Part shown: piece by piece, positions 37,611-49,335 of the stretch
Layout: every line of letters begins with the position of its first letter
Position numbering within the stretch: position 1 is the first letter of the stretch
DNA from: Raillietiella orientalis
Taxonomy: Eukaryota
Length of the DNA stretch: 64,000 nucleotides
Assembly (NCBI GenBank): GCA_036172245.1
Contig: JAYWIR010000037.1
Coordinates: 310,001 to 374,000, forward strand
Direction of reading: 5' to 3'
Program-made: the position numbers and the translations under genes
The notes under the pieces: generated by a model
Told to the model about the DNA's origin: nothing
Database searches by the model: none
What the model saw: only the letters and a program-made list of their open reading frames with translations

Positions 37611-39410
37611 CGAACGATCTTCTGCTGCTGCTCTCCATGTCCACCCTGACTCCCGCAGTTGAGGATTTCTTCGAGCTGCTCGGCCGTGGAACAGGACTCA
37701 AGGTGAACAGGGCGAAGTCGTCCGTGGTTCCCGTTGGTGCGTTGTGGGCAAGGCAGCCGAAATGGATCCGCCTGGGGATTCCCATAATCCTGAGCATTCC
37801 GTTGGGGGACTTCTGCTTCTCAGAAACACCCCGGTCCGGTCGTCTTCAGAACGCACTGAAGGCGATGGACCCATTCCAAATAGGCAGATTTTAACTGCCG
37901 GAACGGGCCGTAGTATGGAACACCTTCGTGACCCCCCTGCTTATTGTTTGCATTCCGCCATGAAACATTAAGAAGCGGACAAAGGGCCTCCTCGGAATTG
38001 CCCTCTGGGGCAAAGGGAGGCCCCGAGTCCGCCTAAAGAGCGTGTGTGCTCCGCGTCGAGACGGCGACCTAGACCTCCTGATGCTGGAACGAATGGAGCT
38101 GCAACTCCATTTCCGAACAGTTGCCCTCGTGGAAAAGCTCTGGAACACCACCTGGTGCCAACCTGCACGTCTTCTCCTCGAACAAGCGACCGGCAACGCG
38201 GGACTTGCATCCTTCCTTGCACTCAGTCGCCACCACATCGCCCCCTACGGATTGCAGAGGGTGAGCTCACTGACGGGGGCGAACACGCAATGGACTGCTG
38301 CCACATCAAGAATGGTAGTGCTTGGTTTCTTGGCAAACCGTTCGCACGTGGACGAGAATCCATGAGCCAAGCGCGGAATACATGCACTGTTCCCTGTACG
38401 CGCGTAACAACAACTGCACGCTCCGGGAAATCCTGGAAGATCCCGCGAAGAGTGCATGGGCAAGTAGAACCTCCCTTACCGCCGCACTGCCTTCCCTTAG
38501 GGAGCACATGGGCAGCAGCCTCACTTCTAGATGGGAGGTTACTGTGGAAATCTCCGGAAGGAGGAGAGGACAGGGCAAGTGGACGACGGACCAGCTCACC
38601 GACGCTTCGACACCGAATGCTCGACCTAATGGACTTTCGGTCTGAAGCGTTTTACTGGGTATTCCGGAGGAAGATCTGCGGTGGACCCTGATGCTCATGA
38701 ATGCCCACACCCTTTTCTTAAAGTGGCAGGAGTCGGCGATGCTGCTGCTGCATTGGGATCTCCCGTGCAACGCTCTCCGGCATCACTAGACACGGGGTTG
38801 TGTGGACCCAAACTGTGCAAGGTGCGGTGATCGGGAATCCTTCCTGCATCTCCTAGTGGACTGTTTTCCTCCGGCCCCCTTTAGGAACCCTTTGCTGCAG
38901 CTCTAGGATCCCCCAGCGGCAACTTCAGGGACGCATTCCTCATTCGCGATGCCCTTCGGCTGGCAGCTTCGCTAGCAGAAGCTCTCCGTTGCCTAATTGG
39001 GATCGTGACCGCATGCAGCAACGCCAAAGGAGGCCAGGACGACAGGGAAACCATCTATTTTGCTCTCCTTCATAAGAGAGCGTCAAGATGGCTCCATCTG
39101 AGAGTCTTGAAATAGGAACTTGCCGGCACCCTTACAAGGATGCAGAGGACATCCACCAGCACGCAGTGATCTCTTCCCGAACCCCCCTCCCTCCATTTTT
39201 TGACTGTATTTTTTTTGCTCTTTTGCTTTTTGTTTGTTTTTTGTTTGTCTACCCTTTCTCTGTACAGCCGAGTCGAACCTTGCTGGCCTGCATGCCAGTT
39301 CCCGGCAGGTTCCTTCTCGTAGTTATAAGTAACTTGGCAGGATCAAACGTCCTGCCACAGGCGTTTATTTTTCATAAATAAACGCACTGGCGTAACCGGT
39401 TGTCAAACCA
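37607..39410 (+). mobile_element. 5'-truncated L1/Tx1-like copy, head-to-head with the previous copy
   Basis: Begins HANDLLLLL (YADD position), VNRAKSSVVPVGA, ALWGKGRPRVRLKSVCAPRRDG, TLFLKWQESA; T-rich UTR and family 3' terminus. Confidence 0.9.
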
Positions 39411-40700
39411 TGAGAGAGTGCCATGCCTTCCTGAAGAAGACAAAAGACAGTGGATGTGGATTCACGCTGCGGAACGAGGTAAAACCTCCAGCCTTCACTT
39501 GGGGACTTCCATGCTCGAATGCCCACTGCGCCGCATGCTCCAGGTCGCTGGACGTTTGAGGCTACAAAGCCATAGACCACTAATCAGTGCATAGCATCAA
39601 GATAATGCTGCAGTTGAAATCGTAATTTTCCCTGCACAGGTTTGCGCCGTCATCTTAGCAAGTCGTGGTTACAATTGCATCTTCGTGAAAAGGGAAAATT
39701 CCTGTGGAAGGATTCGAGATTGCTCTGTTCCTACGTGCGTTTGTCAAGGGTCAGAGAGGCGCTTTCATTTCAGCAGGAAGGATCCGGAGAGCTGATGATC
39801 TGAACACACTTGAATCTTCAACGATAAGCTCCCACAAGAGACCATCAAAAATTGCTCCCGTTGAAAGACATGTACAGGTTCTCTCATTTGCTTTCGACAG
39901 AATGCTAGGAAATGTGACTTGCAGATTTTCTTGGGCGCCTCAAGCGTGATCACGGCAGATGTGTCTGACATTTGCGATTCCCATGCGGACACTCTTTTTC
40001 CTTCTGCGTCCGTAAGGATCTCTCTCTACTCTCAATTACTCCAGTTCTCCGCAGATGATTTTAGAAAACAATGTAATAGGTAACCAGAAGTCTAACGTGC
40101 GTTCTATTTCAATGTGTGTGCATCCCGAACATTTGAGCTCTTGAGGAAAACATCCTCTTTCCGCTTATTATAGTTTGGACATGGAATCGGTTTGCATCTG
40201 GTCGAGTAGCAAAAGCACAGAATCGCCCGTCCCTGGCACGCGTGAGGGTTGCACACCCATGTGCCTGCTTATTTGCTTCCCTTTTACCGTATACGGTTGA
40301 TGTCTTGAAACTTCATGGGAATCTTCAGGAGGAAACATAGATGGATGAAACGACAGTTTTCAGTTGAATGGCGAGACATAAATCTCACAGAAAAGAATAG
40401 CTGCAGAAAAGTGAATCATTTCATTTCTCTTCAATACAGTTCCTCTTGGATCCAATACAATACCTACACCTTTCATAAAAATTTGCAAAGCACTGCTGCA
40501 GGAATCCAAAGGTGAAGAGTCGACATTCTCCTGGATGACTCCCAGCGAGTCAAACTGATATCTTTTCGTTTCCTCTTCAATTCCAGAAACAAAAGCCTTC
40601 CCGCATCGAAATCTGGATAATAACGCGGATGTTGGAGAATTTGAAAGCAAGAAGCAATACAGTGCTGCTGTCTCTGCTCAAGAGTACGAATCCTGAACAA
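39410..40700 (+). mobile_element. Further degenerate non-LTR fragments (endonuclease-like, RT-like)
   Basis: PAFTW...SRSLD...AIDH (APE-like) and DPIQYL..*KFAK...DILLDDSQ (RT-like) remnants. Confidence 0.3.
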
Positions 40701-41086
40701 ATTTCTTGTCCAAATTTCTTCGTTAATATTTTTCGGATGACTTACTCGTCATCTAACTCACTGACACTTGTCGATAGTCACCATTCGGATAATTAATTAA
40801 CCGAGTGGTGATTCAGCAATTCGTGCTGATCAGCCTGCAAACTTTCCTCATGTTCCCATCGGTTCGTACCAAACAGACCCTGATCGCGAATCGTATCCTA
40901 AAGAACCTCTGCTACCATCTTGAAATCCTAAGAATTACTCGAAAACTATAAACAACCATCTCTATTCATCGTTTTAAGATCGCTGGCAGTTTCTAGGGCT
41001 ACTATGTCCAGTTCCACTGTTCCATTTTCGAACATCTGGCACAAAGAACCAACACCATCGAAACCAAATTAGAAACAAAAACACGC

Positions 41087-41570
41087 GTGACAGTTCATGA
41101 TGGTCTCAGCGCGCTTCTGCTCTCTGGTAAGGGCACAGGAAGAACACAACAGTGTGTTTTACCCAATCCGGGAGATGACCATGGAATTCGGAGCCCTCTC
41201 GAGAGTATGCAGAGCAGCAGCCCTGAAAATAGATGGCGTTCAAGCGTACGAGGGACAGAATTTCCTGTCCAGGCCCCAATCACTTTCTCGTGCCTTCGAT
41301 CATTGGTCTCTTTAGGCATCAGATGGCATTTGCACCTGCTGCGTGGAGTGCAAGCTGAGAAAACGGAGGAAGGGGGGAGGGGGGAGTGAAGAGAGGAAAA
41401 CGATGCCGGAACCTCTACTTTGTGGGAGAAGAGACGTAGAGCACTTCTGCAGCTGCTCTCACGATTACGACCTGCTGGAAATCCTGAAGAACTCCATAAG
41501 ATGGTCTTAAGGTGCAGTTTCTCCCTACATAGAAGTAGGGTTTCTTCGCTTGTTAGCGTGATCACAGGGA
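41087..41570 (-). mobile_element. Degenerate non-LTR RT fragment
   Basis: GETAP*DHLMEFF and RRHEKVIGAWTGNSVPRTLERHL resemble RT domains 0-2. Confidence 0.33.
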
Positions 41571-44500
41571 AAAAGTGACGAGTGAATGATGTAACGTCAT
41601 CCGTACGAATTCTTCTCTGTTCCCTGTTGGCGGTTTCATTACTGCTGGATTGACGACCTTGGCAGTGGAATAGAATTGCAAAAAATCGCGATTTATTTGG
41701 GGAATAGTGTTTTCTTCCAGCGGATGGTCCTAGTCCATCCGCAGATGCTTTCCACAGTTTTGCAAACCTGGATAGTCCAGAAGTGTCGGACTAAGAAGCT
41801 GTTAACGTCATGTTTACTTTGATGCCCCAGCACATGCAGCGTGCTTCATTGCAGGACCCCTGATGTCTGCGGTCCCAGATGTGCTCTGGATCTGGATCCC
41901 TTAGGATAGCTTAAAACGAAGACCTTAAAACAGTATATCAGTAACAATAAAAAGAAGCACTCCGGTCAATGACGTCTGAGTGCTTTATGTAAATTAATCG
42001 AAAACAATTTGTAATCAGTGAGTCAGACAAAAATTTTACTTTGCCTTCGTTTTTAGAGGATGAACAAAATGACACATACCCGCCGATGATAAGCCAACTT
42101 GCAGTTTACTATTTGTAGTTCACTGTAACATTGTAACTTGAGTTGTCACGGTAATTATGCAAAAACATATTCTATCATCTAGAAGAGGGAAATCGTGATG
42201 GAGATTATTGTGAAGTACAATCAAAAAACTTGAATTTTAGAATTTTCCATTTCTCTTTAGATTTTTAGTTTCTGCTGTTGTGATGTTCGAAGCAATTTAT
42301 TCTGAATGGTCTGTTACTTAGGGAGTAAACAGCCGAAATACGATCATATCGGAGTCGTTTTTTGATATTCCAAAAGACGCAGAGATGAGAACTGAAATGA
42401 ACAAACTGCCTTTGAGTGGATGGTATCTGAAAGAAAACTTTGAGCACAAAAACAAATGCGAAACACGGACGGTCTTTCTTGCCAAATAAAAAATTTTGAT
42501 GCTTTACTTATCCTGCGTCATAATGACTCCATGCAGTAGAAAGGTATGCAATGATCATATGTTCATCAGATCGTGATATGCACAGAATTTTGAATAAACG
42601 TATACTAAGAAAATGAGTTTGTATTTTGACAGGGTGTTGCTTACCTAGGAGTGGCTATTAATTTCCATTTCCATTAAATAAAAGGCTACTTGTAAAGCAG
42701 CTGACATTACGAAGTTACGAAAAAACTGTCTTCTTGGATCTTTGCTTTTTTAAGTGTTTCATATTCTATTGCTTTATGGTTAACAGGAGATTAAAAAAAA
42801 TTGCTCAAGGTGATTCAGTGGATCGACATACATGGAATCAGTTTTTTCGGAATTCATCAACTGGATGGTATATTCAAAGTAGATTTGTAAACAGTGGAAG
42901 GAAACAAAGAAAGAGTAACAAGGTAATAGGGGAAAACCGAAAATAGTCAGTTTGAGTATATTAATTGATCACTATATACGGGTAGTGATCTACTAACATA
43001 TTAGACTTCTAACATGCCTTTTATGCAAATGGAACTGTCGACCGAAAATTCCGTAGGGAAATGAGATTAGGAAATTCTTCCCAAAGGTGTGCTCTTAAAA
43101 CTAAGTAACTCCGTCTGAATCAGTTTCATATAGGTTCTATTTATCATAAAGAATGACTTCATTCACTGCAGCATTCGATTATTCCCTTGAATTCTGGAAT
43201 TATTGTTGATATGTCTATTCATCGAGATATCATGCTCTCATGATCTTTATTGCTGCTTTAATCGGAGAGATTGTGTGTCGGAAACAGAATAACAAGTCCT
43301 GAATGGATACTACAAATGAATACTGTCAATAACCGTACTTTAAATAGTAAATTATCCCGTCGTCACTGTATCAAAATAAAACATTCATTTCAGTTTGTAG
43401 ACATTTTCGCTTCTCTGCAATTTAAGAAACCTACACTCCTTGAATACCTCCCTTCTGTATTGAGCGGTGACCTGAATTATCTCTTCAGGAAAAGGCACCA
43501 AAAATCTGCTCTTCTCTGTAACTGCAAAGAAAAGAACAGCAAAGAAACCTGTTTCTTTGATAAAATTCATTGACAGTGTTCCTCATAAATCTGCAGAAGT
43601 CACGGGTATTGTATTGGAATCCGTGTTTAAAATAATAAACTTCCGGGGTTGAATATGAAGGGATTTATTTTGAGTTTGATGTGCTTAATAAGATACTGGC
43701 ATTCCCCCCCCCCCCCACCAGACAAAATGAGATCCTTACATTTCTGGTCACGCATATCTATCGAGATTCAATGCATACCTTTACACTAAAATAGGAAATT
43801 TTAGAACGTTCTCCCGAAAGGAAAATTGGAAAGAATAAAATGACAAAAGGATTTTCATAGAAATGTCTTTTTCATATTGAATATCGCGCTGAGAAAGCTA
43901 ATCGTTGCCAAAGCTAATGCTCTGCAACGCTGGAATTCTTTCATTCTACATATTCAAATGAATTCTAAAACATAAATGCAATTTGCGAATCCTCATTCAT
44001 GAGGAGAAGCATTTTTTTCTGCCTCCCAGAGTTTAATACGAAAAGAAACTCGTGAAAATATCCCTAGATCAGTGATCCCTAGGCTAATGAGTTTGTCTTG
44101 GATTCGGAGTATAAAAAGGAAGTTTCGTAGAAATCGTTTGCTTTCACTCCACTAAAGACTGTCATCCTTCATCTGTTCATCCTCCAATTGAATCTTGAGC
44201 GTTCTCATTCACAAACGTATTATAATGATGATGTAAAAATACCCGTTTTCCATAGCAGTTCTTTCCGTATTACAAATAAAGAAAATCTTTCTTTGAAGTT
44301 ATACTTGGCTTTCATGAAAGAAACTTGTTTGAGTTGACATCTGGAAGCATGCAAACAATTTTCCTTTTACAAGCCCAAGATATTGCTTTGAGCACACATG
44401 AGCATTTAAATGCAGCTCGATCTTGCATCGTTTGCTAAAATCCCAACAGATAGGAAAGATGTACCAACCGTTGACAATGCAGCTTTCCTGCAATACATTT

Positions 44501-46083
44501 TCGTATTTTATATTGCTTGTCAAATACCATAAGCATTGTACATGCCAGGGGAGACCGACGCGATTAGACGGCTTATTGGGTTCAGAAGTGGGTGCAATTC
44601 ATCTCAGTAGAGAGATATCTTTTTAGTGTAGATCGAATGTCAGAAACAGAGCACCTTAGTCTGCAGAAGCAATTCGAATGGAAAATGTACAGAGAAGTTG
44701 TAAGGCATGTTACTGTGGAAGTAATAATTTCATCACAACCACTGACTGCATTTCTCAAATTGACAAGCCAGTAAATAAAGCGAGTATTTGGAAGCAGTCT
44801 CCAGCTCTTGGAAACAAATGAAATGTGAAAAAAAAATTGAAAAAATAAAATGAAATCTTGGGATTTTCCTTATACAACATGAAACTATGGATAATAGCAT
44901 TGCTTTGGCTGCATGTGCATGGAACATGCTAAGCAATTAACAGTATAATAAATGATTAGAAAATGTGACTGTAACTTATGACAATTTCGAAAAGTTTTTA
45001 GAACTTTTCCTTTCGAGTATCGTGATAAGGAAATTCGAAGCTCTCGACACTGTGCCCGACGATGAACCTCCCACGCAAACTTTGAACTCTATTTATAAAG
45101 GTCCTTTTTCAATTCTCCCATCACTTCCATCTTTTTATGTTTCCTTTGAATAAGCGTTAGTAGAAGGCAATAGAGCAGTAGTGGGCTTTAGCAAATTATG
45201 ATCCTACTGATTTCATATTTGTTCCCAGCAATGCTCAAAGTGGCTTCGTTTCTTATCGCAAGGTTGAAAGTTTTTGATGTGGCTGTGACAGTAGTATGAT
45301 GGACGTTCACCCAGTCGGAATTTCTTGAAGTTTTTGCTGTTGAAGGATATTGATAGAAAATTCAGGGTTGGACTAACCAACTTTAAACCAACGTATGAGA
45401 ATATTCATCGGAGAAATATTCATGGGAATCATCGTGAGAACGGTGAGAATATTCATCATTAGAAGGGTGGTTAAGTGTTGAAAGAGGACATCATTAAAGT
45501 GAAATGTGTACACTACTCATGATTGGCATTCCTCCAAAGTATCTTTATTTGTAACATTTCAAGACATTATAAGGAATATATCAGAATATGACGTTTGACG
45601 TTTTTATCATAACGCATTCAACAGAGGCTATTTGAATTTTAGATATGCATATAGCATATTATGTTACAGTGGATGTGTTAGAATTTTGTGGAAAGCGTAC
45701 AGACTTAAGAGCCCTGTTTTATTTTTTTAGAGCAGTGCGGGAAAACTAGCATTAAAGGCAAAGTGATTCAAATATTTCAAACAACCATTTTGGAATTCAT
45801 CAAACAATTCCCACATAATGCTCAAATGGTACCCACTTAACCATCAAAACTGAAATTGATGTTATTACATGCTTGAGTATTTTCCGTCCAGAATAAGTAT
45901 GCAAGGAAAGTTGAAACTTTTCTTTATGAAAAGTCCGGTAATAATAATACTATGTGCATAGCACAGTATGGTCCTCAAGTGAAAAAGAAAAATTAAGGAG
46001 CATTCACTTTTATCAGTATTATGCCTGAACAGAACGCTGAAATTGCAATTCCAGTTCTGAATGTTTGAAAAACTTGGCTGGAT

Positions 46084-48436
46084 ATGACAATGGAAGATCC
46101 TTTACATAATAATACATTTAATGCAGAATTCCTGTTACAGTTTTTTGAACAAATGACTGAAATCAAAGTATGTTCAAACTGGAATAGTTTCCATCATATT
46201 TATTTTCAAATAGCCAACTTATTTTTATTCCTGTCTTTTATGGTTCCAAATAATGTCGGTGGATTTTTATGTTTAAGATGTTTGCTAATATTAAGTGAAA
46301 TATTCTTTTGCATGTGGGGTTGGACAGTATTATGTTCAGTTGATGTATTTGTTTGGAATGTTCTGTTTATTTTAATAAACCTTGGTTCACTGATGCTGTT
46401 TTTTATCCTTCGAAAATCCCGAATTTACCCAAAAGAATTAAATATGGTAAGTGGCTCATATGTATTCAGTGAATCCACTATTGCAGTCTTTTATCATCCA
46501 AGGTTTATCGGAAAGTGTTTTCTCCATTAAAAGTATCACAACATCAGTTCAAAGATCTATTAAAATGCATGAAACAAATTAAAACTTTTCTGCCCAAAGA
46601 AGCATATGCCATTGAAAATGTGTCAAAAGTTCAAAATCTATCGTTGCTATTGGAAGGAAAGTAAGATTTTTCTGAAAAATATTGTTAGAAACTGGTGTGT
46701 AATTTGTGTTTTGTATTTATTCTGTTGTGTATAAAACTAAAGTCATTTAATTAAAAGCATTCACAAAGTAGATGTGCCATTTCACATTATATAAAAACTA
46801 ATATATAAAAACATCATTTGTTCTTTATAATGTGCACAAAGGACTAAAGTCCTAGGATATACTGAAATTGAAAGTAGATTATCATGTTATCTGATGAAAC
46901 CCTCAGTAATATTGACAGCTTAATTAGCAACTGAAATTCAGAGTTTACAAACATTCTTTCAGCATTGATAAATGATAATTTCAATTTGTCAATTTTGAAA
47001 TTATGTTGCATGAATTTTGTGACGATGTTTAAATTACGAAACTCATTGAATTCATGAACTGAACTAGAAGTTCCTCAAGATTAATGCTTTTGTTTTTCCA
47101 GATTTGCTGTTTCCCAAAATGGTAAAGTTTTATACATGATTGAAGAAGGCCAGTTTATGGATTCTCTTGAATGGTTTTCTCTTTGTACAGATGAATTTTC
47201 ACAAGTATGTTTGAGAGTGGATTTGAAATTATTCATCAGGTGTTTAAAAAAAGTATCCTATGCATTTGGAAAATACAGAAATTTTCAAACTGATGCCTTC
47301 TTATGTGCATATTTTATTGGATCAAAAATTTTCATGCGGAAATGCATATTACAAGCTAAATGTATTTGTAATTTAATAGTGATGAAGGCTCATGTTTTGC
47401 AGGGATTTCAGTTATTGTATTTTCAAAATTAGTTACCCATTTTTACATTGCAAAATCAACTTCAAGTTGGAGTTACTTTTTTTAGTTCAATTAATGGCAC
47501 TGTGGATTTTGATTTCAGATCCATAAAATATTTCATAACTTAATATAAATTAATAAAATGAAATGTTTGAGTTGACAAGATTCGCACTATTCATTTCTAT
47601 CATTATTTTTGTATCATTTTTATTTTATTTTTGCGCACCCCAAACTGGTGGGATAGATTTTAAGTAGCTTGAAAAAATGTTCTTGAAAAAATCCATCTTA
47701 ATTCTTTGGGTTAAGGAAATATTTTTAAGAATCCCCCTCCTTCAGTGTGGTTTGTATTTACTTTAAACTTATGTCCTCATTAAGTGCTTGATGTTTTACA
47801 GTAAAAGTGTACCTCTTATGCATATTTGGTTTAAAATTTAGCCATTTTCTAGGTTACAGTAACAGCAGTGGAAACATCGAGAGTTTTAGTATGGCACAGA
47901 GACAAACTGGGTTTAACAATCATTAACAATGAATTTTTGCAAGCTGTATTTGATCATATTTTAGGCAGAGATTTGTTGGATAAACTTATTCAGGTAATTC
48001 ATAGAACATGCCTATATGTATGCATAATGGCTTTGTAATTGATTTTCTTTACAAAGTAGTTGTTTAATTTAGATATTGCTATTGTGTTTGCAAGTTATTC
48101 TTATCTTTATGTATCAAGTGCCTTTGTTTGGATTTATATTGTATGGAGTCCTGTAAATGCATGCAATAAAAATTAAAATTCAATCAGAAGGAACAAGTAA
48201 AAATGATGTGTTTAGGTAAGTCAGTCAGAAGTTATAGAAGACAACAGCAAAACGGAAAATGAAGAGTTTCCCCTTTTGCTTTTTCAACAACCATATTGCA
48301 AATCCAGCTTATCTGTTTTGATTCAGAAACAGCTTCAGAATAGGTATGTATGTGTGCAGCTTTGGAAAGTTTCACCTAATTGGGCAGCAGATCAAAGTTG
48401 ACTTCCATTTCAGAATATGACAGTTCAACACTGTAG
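46084..48436 (+). CDS. BVES: Popeye domain-containing protein (BVES/POPDC), about 313 aa
   Basis: Exons 46084-46446, 46503-46660, 47102-47204, 47853-47993, 48216-48343, 48388-48436; all introns GT-AG and phase-consistent. Three hydrophobic segments (HHIYFQIANLFLFLSF; WGWTVLCSVDVFVWN) and a Popeye domain (VYRKVFSPLKVS, LSLLLEGK, QFMDSLEWF, LVWHRDKL, AVFDHILGRD). The last two exons are less certain. Confidence 0.93.
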
Positions 48437-49305
48437 TTTGGTATCAACTTCATATCTGGAATATTCGTATCTGTGATAAAAATCCGTTTACATGGAGTTT
48501 GCATTTCTACAAAGAATTCGAATGCGTCAAGAAAGTTTTTCATGAAAAAATCTGAACAGATCATGTTTGTACTTCAGCATAAATATATCCTTATTTATGT
48601 ATGTATGTCTATATGTGTACATTACTCGTACCATTCGAGCAACTTATGTACTAATTTGCAGTTAGAGATCACTTTGTTTCCTAATTGCAGCATAAATTAA
48701 AGAATCAATGTAAAGAATTATGAGCACTACTACCCAAGTTGCTGTTAAGAGACATTGACAAATCACAGAATGGTCTTTTTTTATACATGTAGATTGGCAT
48801 TTTAGTGCATGCGGAATCTTCTATTGTATCATCATAAATTGTCTGTTTTCTTAATCCTGATCTTGGAGCCAGGATTAGGGTAATCAATGCCTTTCACATA
48901 GTCTCCAAAGGTGTAGGGCTAGCTAAACCGAAACAGCTCAGTCATTTGGTCTGTTTCTGTCAGTTCATAATTAAGACACTTTACAATATTGAGTGTGCTC
49001 CTTGCAATAACTTATGATCCATCATCCTCTTGTTCTTGAAATTATAGTGCATTACTGAAATATGAGTCCAATCATTCAAACAGGAAAAACACCTTCCTTC
49101 AGAAATTAAGGAATTGAAGAACATAGAAAATAATGGTTACAGTGTAAATGCAACACTATCACTGATCAGTAAAATGGAAAATATGCTTCCATGTTACGTA
49201 CCAGTGATTGATAGTGCAAAAATAAGCATGTATAGAATATGTATAACCTTAGGGAGGATGATTTATAATCAATCGAAAACCCAAATTGACTGAAAACATG
49301 GGAAG

Positions 49306-49335
49306 GTTGTAAGGGTTACATGTAACCCTTACAAC
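49306..49335. repeat. Perfect 30-bp palindrome
   Basis: GTTGTAAGGGTTACA|TGTAACCCTTACAAC read directly. Confidence 0.97.

Noticed and set aside
35780..39410. Single fold-back (self-primed) duplication, or TIRs of a DNA transposon, as the origin of the long inverted repeat
   Set aside because: The arms are RT-coding LINE sequence and differ largely at synonymous sites, implying two subfamilies.
45395..45460. Repeated GAGAATATTCAT units (similarly ACTCATTATTCATAT at 55.77-55.85 kb)
   Set aside because: Short irregular tandem duplications; no constant repeat-spacer periodicity, so not CRISPR-like.
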